A stretch of 64,000 nt of DNA from positions 32,001 through 96,000 of IMG/VR virus record IMGVR_UViG_3300022917_000008. One strand, given 5' to 3'. This document shows positions 27,494-41,700 of this stretch, piece by piece (within the stretch, counting starts at the first letter, position 1; each line of letters begins with the position of its first letter). The notes beneath the pieces were generated by a model. That model was not told the origin of the DNA. It saw only the letters and a program-made list of their open reading frames with translations, and searched no databases. The position numbers and the translations under genes are program-made. The stretch is from a virus (taxonomy: Duplodnaviria > Caudoviricetes).

Positions 27494-30400
27494 ATGTTGT
27501 TTGTTTGGTTTAAGGTGTTAGGTCTGCTATGCGTGTCAAACTCCTCTTATGTATTGGTATGATCCTCACTGATTTGCCTTGTGATGCTAACACCTCCTTG
27601 GCAATAACCATCTGTTTATCTGTGTATATCATTGCTTGTCTCTCATCAGTAGTATGAGTAGTAACTGGGGCACTAAGCACTGGTATCACACCATAATACA
27701 CAGTCTTGGCAATGTTTGAAATCATGAATCTCTTCATAACAATGAATGTTTAACCCTGGATACCCTGTGCACCTTTGCTGCACTAGGATAGCCTACTAGG
27801 GTTGGAACCCCTAGTTATAAGAAAATGAAACTCATATACTACAATGTGACCATCTGCAAGGTCCCTTCACATTATAGCAATTACCCAACTATGCCCTTCT
27901 TCACAGCCCTAAATCCAGAACGCTTTGTTCCAATTTACATTCATATGTTACAGCAGGGTAATGTGCTGTCTTACATAGCATACAACTCCTATTACTAGGA
28001 TTCTTGAAAGTAGTGGTTCCACACTACACTCTATACATTGCATGTTGCATAGAGGTTACAGTAACATGAGCACAGGGATGAAGGCAAGAGAACATGACGG
28101 CTAAATCCTTGTTACACACCTATCCTGTGCTCAATAAAATAGAACCCCAGTATAGACATACCGGGGGATCAGGTATCTGGTACCTGATTAGTGTATCTTT
28201 AGACCAGCTCCAATACTTGGGTGGTCTCAATTATTTTGTTCACCACAGACTGTACATTCTCCTGTGGTGGAGCTACTTCTACATAGAATGTTGGTGGTAC
28301 ACCAACCCTATGTGGTTCTGCATAGCCAGGTCGTCTTACGAGGAACACTACTGGTATCTCCTCTACAGTGATCTGTGTGAGGTGTGGATGGGTTGGTACA
28401 GGTTCTACACGTGCTACTGTGTATATTGTGCCATGCTTTGGCATCTCCACTAAGAAACTCAACAAGCCTGCTAAAGCAGCAAAGGCTAAGTTCTCTTCAT
28501 CAGGGCGTACAGGTGTGACTAATGATCCTGGTTTCATATAATGTTGTTTATGTGTTTGTAATAAAGGGAACTCCTTCAACCTATCTTCTGTTAAGGAGAT
28601 ATCCAGAGTTCCCTTGTGCCAACTGAACTGCTCTCACAGAGCTTCTTTACTCAGCAATTTCTTCAGGTATGTGAACAATATAGGAGCGTGAATACACCTC
28701 CCTACCATGCTTAACACCTTGTGCCCAGAGGAAGCTAGTAGCCACCCCTAGTTGCACACAGTAAATAAGCACAGTTTCCTCGTTCTTACACTTGTTTGTT
28801 GCTTCTTTCCAGGCCTTGAGTTTGGCATGATCCAGGTTTGGTTCAACCTTAGGATGCCTTTGTCTCTCCTGGGGGATTTCTTGACAGATGGTCTCTGTAC
28901 TGTACATATGCTGATTGTTTGGTTTAGTGGTACCTGAGTGCACCCCCAGCAGTATGCATAAAGACGTGTGTCTTCATACCTCTACCAGCATCAGGCTCTT
29001 TCTTAGTGCCTGCTGGGTACTGTACTCCACTAATTATTTGGCTATCAGTAAGCCTTCTAAGTGCCCTCCTATGCTTCCTGGAGGATACTTCTAGTGACAC
29101 AAAGCCACGATTTGCCCTGCGTACTGATCTTTGTGAATCAGGACTGGGTGCTGCCTTAGTTGCTCTCTTCTGTCTGCTCATTAGTTTAAACAAAGGGGTT
29201 GTGAATGCCAAAATGCCTGTTGTTGCCTCACTGCGGGTGCCATTTTATTGAGCATCTTCTTTGAATGTAAGAAGTTCTTCTTAGACTGTTGTGCTGCCAT
29301 CCTCAATACATCAACCCTAGCTTTGGTCACATCATCATCAACCATACCAGAATCACCTTGTATCTCAGCTGCTGTTATTGCATTGTCAGCTAGTTTTGCT
29401 GTCCTCCTACTGCGGTCCACAATGTCAGTGTATATTACAAACTCAACATATTGCCCTAGTGCTTCTGGTAAGTGCACACTCCTATGATCTCTTTTCTTTG
29501 TCATAAGTGTATAATTTTAGTAACGAATGAAGTAATACCTAATGCTACCATGAAGGCTATCCCCATCCAATACAGGGCGCTTGGTAGAGTTTGTCCATAT
29601 CCAAGGGTATGGAAAATCTGTGTTATTACACCCCTTTTCATACTCATTTAGTTTAGTACTAAGACCCAATATTGTTGTTAGATACTCCCTTTTCACCTGC
29701 ATGAATGCTTCTTGATACTTCAGTTTCACATCAGCCAGGCTACTCTCAGCTTGTAATAGTGTTACATTCACACAATCAAGCAGAGGTGCTGACCTATTCT
29801 TGGTATGCCTCAGGTAGTGCACTGCTGAATTTGCTAGTTTAATGCTCTGCAATGTACTCTGCAACTGTGCTGCAGCCCTAGTGTACATGGTATCACTTTG
29901 CTGAGCACTAAGGCCGAAAGACACCATGAGGACAATAAGTAATGTACCTGCTACTCTTTTCATAAGAACTGTGTTTTGGTTAAAGAAAAGGAGGGGGCCT
30001 TGCTATGGCCTACCCTCCCTAATCAAGATCAAGATTGCTCTCATCTATCATTGTACATACTACGAGACCATCGCGTAGTTATTTTTAGTGTGTGTATGTT
30101 CTATGTTATTAAAGACAGGAGGGGGAAGTTCTCCCCCTCCAATCTAGGTACTGATGGCCATGTAGCTACCACCTTTTTGTCTTAGTGCAGCCTTATCCTT
30201 ATGCCTAGTACTGTCAAGGTACTTCTGCAATTTAGCAGGGTCCTTAGTTCTCAGGGTGTATACATTCTCACCTGGCTCAAATGGTGTTAGTATGCCCATT
30301 CTCTTAGGTACACAGCTGGACATTGTAGACAGGTGTGAGTTAATGCCCACTGCTACCACATGGGTGTCAGTAATGTCTATTACCACATGTACCTCAGTGT

Positions 30401-31937
30401 CATTGTGGTACCTAAAGAAGCCTATTGACATCTTTTGCATCTCCCCAATGTGTGCACTGAACTGCTCCATTTTCTCATTCATATGATGAAGTTTTTGGTT
30501 TACCTTATTGGTCCAAGTACTGGTATCCTGGACACACCACCTGGAGCCTTAGTTATCTCCTCAGCTGTGATAGGTATCTGCACCACATCACCAGTGTATG
30601 TCAACCTACCCTCATCAATGTGTTTGGTCTCAGTACCATGCTTCCTCTTGTTTGGAGAGAGTCCATACTGGTTACAGCCTGTGATATTATCACACCTGTA
30701 TACCACTACACCCTCAAAGCCAGTGACTTCATCCCTCAATACCCATCCAAGGCCAAACTTGAATGTGGGTAGTTTGTTTGTGATGTTTGCAACCAGGGGC
30801 TTGGGTGCCCTTGTCTTAGTTGCTTTCTTCTCTGTTGCCATATTGGTATTGTTTGGTGTCACTGAATGTAATGGTCCTTACTACAGTCCCATCGAAGTTA
30901 TGCTCTTTAGCCTTCTTACTGTCCTGTATAAAGTCCTCATGTTCGTATGCAGGTGGTACCTTAGGGTCATGCTCCCTGAACTTTACCACAAACTTGGGAC
31001 GTACAGACTTCTTGGAGAAGGCATGTGATAAGGCCATTCTCCAATCATCTCCCCATTGCTCTCTTATTGCTCTAGCCAGGGCACATTCACAATTGCTTCC
31101 AAATATCACATCTTTGAAGTGACTAGCTTTCAGTTGTATAATGTATTCAGCCATTAGCGCTTGTTTTTGTATAGTGTAGGCTCAAATAACCAAACCCCAG
31201 CTGTATACTCCTTATTCTTCTTGTTCCATGCTATTGGGAACATGTACTCACCAGGAGGTAATAGTCTCTTATCAGGCTGTGCACCTACACCTTCTACACA
31301 TCTTACAGACTCAATACTGTAGTTGAGGCTGTCATACAAGGAATCCACAGTAAAAACAGTGTCACCATGTGGTGGGATCAACTGCTCAATATTGTGATCC
31401 TGCAGCTTGAGAATCAGCTCATGTTTGTCATTGTTATGCACATGTAGCTTGTATTGTGCCTTAGCTCCTAGACTAACTAGGGCTATTGACAGTAGGAGAA
31501 ACAGTTTTATGCCCATGGTATTCTCTTAGTTTTTGGTGCAGTTCAGCTGCCTGCTTGTTAGTTAATTTGATGTCTTCAGGAGTGAATGGTGTTCCCATCT
31601 TATATCTCCACTTGAGGTCTGCTTTATATGTGTGTGGTGGCCATAGTGTGAAGTTGACTGAGTATGTATTATACCTCTTCCTAAGCTCTGCATAATCAGC
31701 TACATTCAGTAAAGATTCTACATACATAGGTGGGCCTTCCTCTATGCCTTTAGGTTTCTTGTCTGTCATATCTTGGTTTTGTGTTACTGCGCCCCCATAG
31801 TGATAGTGGCTTTAGCATAGAGAGGATTAAATGAGTATCTTTCAACTCAATTGGGCTACTATTCACCCTCACCCCAATCACTTGCATAACCCTTAATAGC
31901 TTGAGGTATCCACATCTATGAGGGAGCAGTAACTGAA

Positions 31938-32498
31938 TTATTTTGGATAGTTGAGTGTATATACATCTTTTATAGCCTGTTCTCCTTCCCTAGTTAGTTC
32001 CCTTGAACCTACACCAGTGAATTGCTTGTACAGTTCAGGTACTTCAGACTCTCTGAATGTATGGAAGTTATAGTTCCATACATACCACTTATTGGTTAGC
32101 ATGTCAAAGACCTTTACCTCATGCCCAGCCATTATACCAAACTGTACAGTCCAACCAGTACCCCCAGATACTATAGGATATGCAGTCTTGTTTACATAAC
32201 CCTTGTGATCCTTATGCCCAGGGGCTATGATATAGGATACAGCCACTACCTGCTGGGAGCCCATGTTAACCTGTAACCAATCCCTTCTCACATAATTCTT
32301 ACCACTAAACTCAGATGGTCTACCTAATACTAGGGCAGCTTTACTGAGTGAAATGTCAATCTGCTGCAGTATTGTAGGGTGTTGGGATTTGAGATCATTC
32401 TTGGACCACACGTTCACGGTAATATTAGAATGTTCAGCTAGGTCTGTCCATGCTTTATCAGCACCTGGAGCACCTCCTGTATGTAGTATTCTGCTCAT
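31938..32498 (-). CDS. SLOG-superfamily (YpsA/DprA-like) nucleotide-binding protein
   Basis: HTGGAPGAD, RRDWLQV, SGGTGWTV, FTGVGSR; start moved to MSRILH. Confidence 0.6.
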   Translation of the reverse strand: MSRILHTGGAPGADKAWTDLAEHSNITVNVWSKNDLKSQHPTILQQIDISLSKAALVLGRPSEFSGKNYVRRDWLQVNMGSQQVVAVSYIIAPGHKDHKGYVNKTAYPIVSGGTGWTVQFGIMAGHEVKVFDMLTNKWYVWNYNFHTFRESEVPELYKQFTGVGSRELTREGEQAIKDVYTLNYPK

Positions 32499-33879
32499 AT
32501 GATTTGGTTTAAGTGTTAATGGAAACGTCCACATGGACCTTTTAACTGATAGCAATAACCTGTAATGAATTCCTGTGGTATAGGTAGAGTAGCGAACATA
32601 AAGCCATTACCATTCTTCACTATAGCCACTTCTCTAACCTCATTCTCATCAAACTCATCTCCTTCTTTTACCCATGTAGCTTCAGGAGATATAGGACCTA
32701 TTATTTTATAAGAGGATTCAAAAGTACAATCATTAGGATTTAATTTCTGCCCATTTTCATAATCCTTGATTACTATGTAATCATCTCCATTCTCACGACT
32801 CCCACCTATTTCAGATATTACCCCCCATGGATCACTCTTAGACCACTTGGCTTTATCACCCACCTTTATATCCCTACTACATAGGAATAGCTTCAATATC
32901 TTAGCCTCCTGATCTCTTTGTGCTTCTGGTGTAAAGTCTATAACAGCAGTACCTATGTACCCTTTACCATAGGCAGCAAGACCAAGAGACTTACCAAGGA
33001 TGTACTTATCCCCAGCCTTTATAGGGCCTTCTACAGGCACTAGCTTAGCAAAATATGGTTTCATGGCTGTACTTTTATCTCACTAAGGGACCTGTACTCT
33101 TTAGTATGTCCATTAGTGAATGTGACTGTGTATGTTGTCCAGGTCTCTTGTGCAGGCCACCAATCATTCTCCCTAGTTGAAGGACCTATATCCCTACTGT
33201 TGTGTTCCTCCTTAATTCCAGCCACAACTAGGGGAACTTCTACACCCATATCAGTCTTGACTAACACTGTCTTACCCTTCAATAAGTCTAGTACATTCAT
33301 ATAATGAGTTTATCCAATTATGGTATGTTTGTTTGGGCATTTCTCAAAGTTGGTGCCATCTGTCTTGTAGACTAATGTATCAGAGTCATCATAGAATGAA
33401 GTTAGAATCTCATTCCATGCCTCGTCATAGGTGTCATAGAGTTGGTAGTATTCCCCATTGTTATAGAACTTACGTGCATACTCATCATCTATCCATGACC
33501 TAACCTTTACACAGACAAAGTATTTGCTCATACAACGAGGTTATTTATATTAAGAATGGATTGTTCATCAACTGTTGCCCATATCTCTCCTGTACCATAG
33601 TCATCATGGTTCTGGTGTGCAGTGGCCTTGGCATGCTTAGCAGCTAACACTAGGGCTTGATGTATAGCCTCCCTTGCCATTGCCTTGGCATATTCCTTGG
33701 GTGTCCATAATGGTTTGTCCTCCTGTAGTTTTGCTAATACCTTAAGGCATGTGGCATCAAGGTCTATTTTGTCCTCCATGATTGTTTGATTTAGAATGTG
33801 TAATTGTCCCAGTAATCCATTGGATTACCTACCTCCATTGGGTAACTGGGGGAATCATACTCTTCAGGTACTTGGTCCA

Positions 33880-34362
33880 TTATTGTTGCATTTGTTTACT
33901 GAATGATTGATACTCAGCACGTATTTCCATAAGTAATACGCCTAATCTATTGAGGCCATGTCCTGTTTTATAGTCCACACCCCAGTACTGATCTCCCCAG
34001 TTGTTCCACTCTATGATGGGAGTGTCACCAGTAGCCATTAGAAGCCCAAACCAGGGCTGTTGCATAAACTTCTGCTCCAGGGCCCTTTTCATTACAGAGT
34101 CCTTTATTTGGCTCCATTTAGGCCCAGGATCAAGCCTCTTACCCATTCTCTTTGCATCAAATGCACTCATGAGCCTGATCTTTTCCCTTAGTTCCTCATT
34201 ATCAGTCTTCATAGCCTGGTAATAATTCTCAACTGAGGGCCAAGGCCAGTCACCACCACAATAGAACTCACATGGGTCTATATTGGAGAACCAGTTCTTT
34301 ATCCATCTGCCTTTGTATTCAAAGACTAGCGGCTTATGTTCTGACCAGTCTAGTGTACTCAT
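33880..34362 (-). CDS. NADAR/YbiA family protein
   Basis: WFSN, WPSVENYYQAMK, AKRMG, KF.Q, IIE...WGDQYWGV, GLNRLGVLLMEIR. Confidence 0.9.
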   Translation of the reverse strand: MSTLDWSEHKPLVFEYKGRWIKNWFSNIDPCEFYCGGDWPWPSVENYYQAMKTDNEELREKIRLMSAFDAKRMGKRLDPGPKWSQIKDSVMKRALEQKFMQQPWFGLLMATGDTPIIEWNNWGDQYWGVDYKTGHGLNRLGVLLMEIRAEYQSFSKQMQQ

Positions 34363-34938
34363 GGTTCTGGGTATTTATAGGTAGGTAATCCTAAGGATGT
34401 AGCTAGTTTAGAAGCCTCTGCATGTTGTTCCCTAGTTAGTACAATAGTAAGGTCTTCATTCCTGTACACGTTGCAGGGCATCTTCAGGCCCTCATACTGT
34501 TGGAATGCAACTAGGGATAGCTGACCATCAGTGGCTAATACTCTAGCTTCCCTATGTACAGCCTTAGTTTCATTCCATGCACATGCCCAGTTAGGTACAA
34601 CTAAGGAAAGTACTGGTATCTCTATTGTATAAAGAGGATATGTACCACACATCTTGTGTGCCTCCTCTATAAGCATAGTTGCATCATCCCTATGTGTTTG
34701 GTCCAGCTTGTCATAGTATTGTATCTCTCTCATATCTCAGAGTTTATTGGGTATGCAAGAGTACCACCACCTGTATGCTCACAAGGCATGAATTCTATCT
34801 CCATACCTACCTTAGCCTTTACATCATTGAAGAAAGACTTGGATACTGGTATTGCCTGGTTTCTACTTACCTGACCACCAATTAGTGTCATGTACTCAAC
34901 TGTGAACACACCAGGCATATGTTCTCTTACTATACCTT

Positions 34939-35322
34939 TCATGATTGTTTGTTTAGTACATTAAGGAATAACTGGGGCAGTATTACATTAGGTGGTGCAT
35001 CCTTGAACATAGGTGCTATTTCTTCAGGTGTATAACCTGCTCTACCACAGCCTATTGCACACATATTGAATGTGTCATCCTTGTGCTTAGTTAGTGCAGC
35101 ATAGAACATAGCCTTTACTTGCACTTCAATCCAAGGTAGTGGAACTGACCTCAGTTGTCTATGCTTAGGCTTTGTTAAGTCCTTGGTTATGATGGCCCAC
35201 GCATTGCCTTGTAGGCCCATAGCTTGTCCATATATAGCTCCATGGTATAGCTTTGCTGTTTCAGCATCACCAGCACCATGCCTGCCCTCAGTATTTGATC
35301 CAAATCCAAATATGTTGGCCAT
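34939..35322 (-). CDS. Macro-domain-like phage protein
   Basis: FGSNTEGRHGAG..A and IGCGRAGY...IAPMF motifs. Confidence 0.6.
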   Translation of the reverse strand: MANIFGFGSNTEGRHGAGDAETAKLYHGAIYGQAMGLQGNAWAIITKDLTKPKHRQLRSVPLPWIEVQVKAMFYAALTKHKDDTFNMCAIGCGRAGYTPEEIAPMFKDAPPNVILPQLFLNVLNKQS

Positions 35323-35699
35323 TATACAAATGCTTTAATACATGTACAATCTGCTATTTTCTGTACAGCCTTGACTGCATCCCCGTAGTGATGCTCAATC
35401 ACTGAATCAGGTATAAACACAGGTATAATCATACCTTCAAGCTCCTCCCTCTCACCCCTGTCAAACCTTTCTATCAGCTCTTGCTGAGCCTCAGTGGTGG
35501 GTATAGAAGCCAATGTGAAGCAATTGCTTTTGTCCACATATGTTATGTGGCTTTCACCTACATGACAAGGAACTATTTCCTTGATGGGTAGTGCTAATGC
35601 ACAGCTTTCACCTTCACATTCCTTTGCCTCATTGAGAATGTCTTTAGTGATGACTAGATTGAATTTCATAACAATGTGTGTTTATTAGTTAATGAATTG

Positions 35700-35771
35700 T
35701 TGCGGGACTAGGATTCGAACCTAGATTTCTGGGTTATGAGCCCAGTGAATTAACCTTTACTCTATCCCGCG
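35700..35771 (-). tRNA. tRNA-fMet (CAT)
   Basis: CGCGGGA/TCCCGCA with C1-A72 mismatch; CTGGG-CTCATAA-CCCAG with three G-C pairs. Confidence 0.9.
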
Positions 35772-38700
35772 ATGTAATAAGCTCCTATACAGGGATTATC
35801 CCACTTATTGACCCATCCCTGTATTTGTTACTTAAATGCACGGCATATACATAACATCGGTACAAGGCTTAATCTATCAATAAGGTGTATAGGAGCTTAA
35901 GAAGTTAAAAAGAGAGCATATGATATCTTACCTGGGTAGTTAGTCCTTTCATTTATCTCTGCTCCCTATGGATTTTATTTTTGGACACTGCTGGTGGAAA
36001 TGCCTTAAACCACCTCACGCATAGTTATACCTGCTAGAGAACTACCAATAGCTAGTATGCTAACTGTCATCTTCTTGCTAACGCAATAAGTTAATGATAC
36101 TCCAATTATACAAGGTTAGGATAATTAATCCCTTGAATTACCCAGTGTTTTGCTGGTACCCTCACCATTAGTATTAGTCTGGTACTACCCAATTGGATAT
36201 AATCAGAGTATCAAAGAGATATACTCCCTCAATCAATAGCAATAGATTACTCAGAGACTCGTGAGACTCTGGACATACTTGGCCATTGCACAGGTCATAC
36301 TATGCAGTTAAGCTAGTGACTCCTGTACATTTGATGTGGTCCTTTACAACTTTCGTAAGTATGTAGACTATCCCTAGTTTGTCCCTGCTAATCATGTAGT
36401 TCTCAGGACATACTGAGCATGTAACAGGGTCTGTTTAGAGCTATTGAAGAGGGAGTAATATGTTTAGTCTTCTTTGTATACTACAAGCCTTTCACCAGGT
36501 TTATAGCCTCTGAATGAATGAAAGAATCCCACCTCCACTGATGTGTCAGTCTCATTGAGTATGAGTGTGTCCCCATCTTTTACAAGGGGCCATTCATCAG
36601 GATCAGGGAAGTGCATGTGTTTGAGCACCAATGGTGGTCTGTAGAACCAGCATAGTGCTGGTACACCAAGGATGATAATGATTGAGCTTATTATAGCCCA
36701 TGTGTTTATCCTCTTCATAGTAGAAGATTTAAGGTTAAAAATACAGGCTTTACCTACCTGCTTGCCATTGTGCTGTTGCTAGTTGGTTTGACCCAATAGC
36801 CCTTATTGCCCAATGCGAGGATGAATACTTTGGCACCTGAGGTTAAATCATATTACCTAGACAACACTGATACTGGATGTATCTCTGTGGAAGCCTGTGG
36901 GTTGATCACAGGCTGTCTCCACGTATTGTCTGTGTAGGATTGTACACTCCTACATTGTGCGTGTAACCCTGCTACTACTGCCTAGGATCATTCATAGCAA
37001 GGTAAAAGGATTGACTGTAGAACTGATTTACTGCCTACTGATGGCTCTAACTTACAGTATTTGGTATCGCAGTGAATGTTTACCACTTGGGTGTCTGTTC
37101 CTGCTATTACAGTCAATCACTATCTTCTGTCATTGTGATCCAATGGTGGATGGTTGAAGTAATACATGTATGCCAGGAATACTACGAGTGTTCCAACCAA
37201 TAGTACCCCTAACCACAGCTCTTCACTCTTGTACCATGGTACTTTTGGCTTAGCATTCATAGTTCTAGGTTTATAGTGTTAATAATAGCGTTAATATAAC
37301 AACAGCACACTTACATATCATTCTGTTCCTCAATACCTTCCTTTGTTGTACTACCTCAGCATGTATGGTGAGTATTAGTACTGCGTGCTTTATCATTGCA
37401 TGTGATCCTTGCTCCTCTATCATCTTGTTCCACTGTTCAGGTGTGTACACCCTATGTAGTATCTCTGTGTTTCTCATGTCTAATAGGTTTAGGGTTGGTT
37501 AATAATTGTACCAGTGCTTATACCCTACCACCTTGTGATCTACTTTCAGCCAGAATGGTGGTCTTCTTATGAAGAATGTCCATTTACCCTTGCTGAATAA
37601 TGGCTTTCTCCTACCATCATAGAAGTGACCACTCATAACCCAGGTTCTTTTGTAACCAAATGTACTGTCACCATTGCTGTAGTACATCATAACAGGCATT
37701 GTATCCACCCTGTTGAAGTGTCCAATTGTGGTATAATATCCAATGGTATTCTTGTAATAACCAGGATATCTATGATCAGTGATCAGGGGACCATAATGCC
37801 CCTGTGCTGGTGCTTTGAATGCCATTGAGCATATGGTTAGCAGTATAAGCACAACTACTATTAACCTGCCCTTTTCTTTATCTGACATATGATTGGTTTG
37901 TTTGGTGTTATAGTACTATGTTTAACCTGGTATACTTACTTGTACCACTACTGTATACATACAGTAATAACAGTCCTCCTTCATCAGTGCCATACACATA
38001 ATGAGCACTAGGGTTAACCTTCATCACAGCTTCATACACCTCCTTCCTTAGTACATCTACTGGTATGATATTAACCTCAGTATCTCTGCTGTTAGGTAGT
38101 TGTTGTGCCTCCTCTACCTTTATTTCTCTTACTTCTTTCATAATAGTTGGTTTAATGTTTGGTGTGCAGCCCTCACCATAAGGGTATTGGGCTTAACACA
38201 CAAAAAGAAGTTCAATTGGGACTTATTTTGCTCTTTATTATGCGCCCCTTATGTATTGATATCTGTTCCTTGGGTATAGTTGCCAGGTACTCACAATAGG
38301 CATTGTATGCCTGCTGTTCCCCCTCCCTGCTCAGTGAGAAGTAACCAAAGGATTTGGGTGCACTACAGCCCTGGTATCTAGCTACAAATGAGTGCTTCTT
38401 ACCATTCTTCTTGATGTATACACCCTTGTACCTTGATCTTACACTAATACCCTTCTTCTTGGCATCCCTGACAAACACTTCCCAATTAGTCTTATTGAGT
38501 GGTATTACTATAGCCATGTTGTTTGAATTAATGCCCTAGCTAGTTCATATTCTTCTCAGGGAATAGTTCATCTAACTAGGGCAATATGTTATTTGCATTC
38601 ATCCTGGTATGATTGTATGTGCACAGCCATATTCTCCTCCATTCTCACTTCCTCCTCAGTTTGTGTCTTCACACCACCCTTGCTGAGGATTCTGTCATCA

Positions 38701-41700
38701 CCACTGAGGCATACAGGCACATAACCCTTGGATTCCCAATGATCTATAAGCTCAATGAATCCCCATATTCTTGGGTCTTTCTTAACCTCCTCATCAGGTA
38801 TCTCATACTTCCTGTATACCTCAAGAAGCGCATCTTTGAGGCCTTTCCATGTGGTATTGCCCTGGGCTATCTTCCAGCCTATATAATCAAACCAATTGGC
38901 TCTGGATGCATAGAATGCCACTTCTCCCACTATACCTGAGTATTTGTATTCCCCTCTCATGTAGGCATCATATACTCCAGGTTTGTCATATGGTGAAGCA
39001 TAAGAACCCCTTGGTTCATTGTCTATCTTAGTACCCCATAGATCACATGCCTCGTGATCTAAGTCATTGATAACTATGGCCTTGCCATCCTTATCATGTA
39101 TTTGGAACTGGTTCATAATGTTTGTGCCTGTATCGTAGGCTTACGCTTTTTTGTTTGTGTTATAATATGTTTAGTCAACACTGCGGTATATGACTTTGCC
39201 TCTCTTACCATTCTTAGTGAGATAGTAATCCCTACTATAGATTAGTACATTGAGTGGTACTTTTACCTCATATACACCCAATGGTGTATCACCTATCTTA
39301 GTCTTCTTGATCACAGGTCTGTCAGTTGATATGAACTCAGAGTTCAATATCTTGATGTATGCTATGTTTCTTCCATCATACATCTGCAGCTCCAATAAAC
39401 TGACTGGCCTCTCATTATAGAAGTATTTTATGGGCTTATCAGTGTCAAATACATATTTCACACTGTCTTTGCTGTAGTCGTACTGTAGTGTGTGTACATG
39501 GTCTGATACACATGTTATTACACTTGGATTGTTATTCCATTCATCTCTCAGATCATAGTATTCTGATGCAGGCTCTGAGAATACACCTGAGGTATATGCA
39601 TCATCCAGCTCTTTCCTCCTGTCCTTCCTGTGTGTGACAATGGCAGCCTTTAATAGCCTCACAGAATCTGCCTTAGTTGTCTCATGGATATAACCATTAG
39701 CACAACACGTGAAGTAATGCACCATTGGTCTATGCCAATGACAAGGACATAAACAAGGTATTGAGTCTTTGTATACTGTGTCCTTCTGTCCAAATACTAT
39801 CATTGGACATATTAGTAGCAATAGTAGTATGTATCTCATAAGTAATGATTTGATTGTTATGTCCCTCTGCACTCTATTGTAGTTCACAGTTATAGTTACA
39901 TTTAGATGTATTTCTACATTGCACTGTAAGGATGTGAACCCAAGTTATATTACAATAGCCTACCCTTGGGTAGCTGATTAAAATTGTCTGACTCTAGGCA
40001 CTCTTATAAGTAGGCATTAACCAGACAGTACACCTCAGTTGAATGTAGAATGTTAATCAGGAGGATTGGCTATACCTCTAGGTTGTGGTGCATTACAAAG
40101 AGGAGGATGTAGAAACACCCTCCGTGCTTTAAATCCAATATCCTATGAAACCCTATCCATGTTCTGAATAAGTAAGTTTGTTCGTGTGTTTTTGTGGTCT
40201 TACAAACATAGCTAATTGACTTAGCTTGTGTATTGATTGTTAAAGATAAGGGCTAACCAAATGAATGATTAGCCCTCTGTTGAGCTGCCAGGTGTATCAA
40301 TAATATGACAATACTATGACAATTGTCAATGCATTGTATACCAATATGTTACATAATACCTCTGAGTCTTAGGTATTGGAAATGTGGAGAATAATTTGTA
40401 GCTTTGAGCTAAGACAAGCATATTCAAAGCTCCTTCACACTGCGTGTTTGTGATTCGACAAGCAATGCACTAAGAAATGTATTCCACTGTGATCCTCACA
40501 TAAGGAGCATCTCTGTTCTCTCCAGTGTATACAAATATGAAGTCCTGACCTCTACCATGTATTAGGTACACTTCCTCAGCATCACTCCTGTAATGGAATA
40601 TTTTATCCATTATTTCCTTGTTGAACAACAACACACTTAGTGTTGTAGCTGATTTGTTCTCAGGCATTGTCATCTCTTTGTGCACAATGATGTTGGTCTT
40701 GGATGGCTTTTTGTCATTGCTCATCCACATTACATTGCTGATTGGCATTATGCACATGTACTGGTCAGCTATTGGCTTGTTCTTGTCTTTGTTCTCAACA
40801 AACCTTATTTCCCCAGCTATTGTGTCTATGCTTACATGTGATGTTTCATAGACCTTTCTGTCATTTGTCTTGACTTGCATAAAATGGTGTATTTGTGTGT
40901 TAATGAATGCATTAGCTGTTCAGCTCATGTGCTCTCCTCACAGCCTCTTCCCTAGTTAGTCCTAAGTCTAGTATTACTATTCTCTTTGTCCACCTGTTTG
41001 TGCGAAATGTACCATATCCTTCTCTGTATGGCCAAATGGTCTTTATCACTCTCCACTTAGTCCATATTAGTCTGTTGAGCATATGATTGAGTGTTAGTGT
41101 GTTAGGTAATAGAACACAGCCCACATAATGCAGGCAGCAGTGAGTCTTCCAATACTCACATTACTTGACTCACTGCCTTTGTTTGATGCAACTAGTATGA
41201 TATTACCCACTACTAGTGTGGACAACAACAGTGCAAGACCAAATGTTAGTGCTGTAATCATATATATAGTGTTGATTGTGAGGCAATTGGGTCGCATGAA
41301 ATTAATACCTTTTTCTCTTTAGCTTACTCCACCATATTTGTACCTCTACTATAACAGCGAAGTATAGTATGACACACAATATGTATAGCACTGCTCCTAG
41401 TACTAATATTGCTGCTGACCATATCAATATGGCTATTGGTAATGATACGTTATACATAATATGTTGAGTTTTAGGTTGTTGAGGTTACTCTGTGTCACCA
41501 AATGCCTCATTCCATTCTTCAGGTACAATACCACTAAGGAGAAACTCTCTTTCTTCCATGCTTAGATTAGGGAATGCATGTTGTACTTTAGTTCCATTAC
41601 TAAATGCAGTAACTTGCTCCTTAGTTATTGCTAACTCAGCAAAGTGTGCTAAGCCTGTAATAGTTGAGCATTTGGCTATTATCATAGTGCCTTCAGGCTT

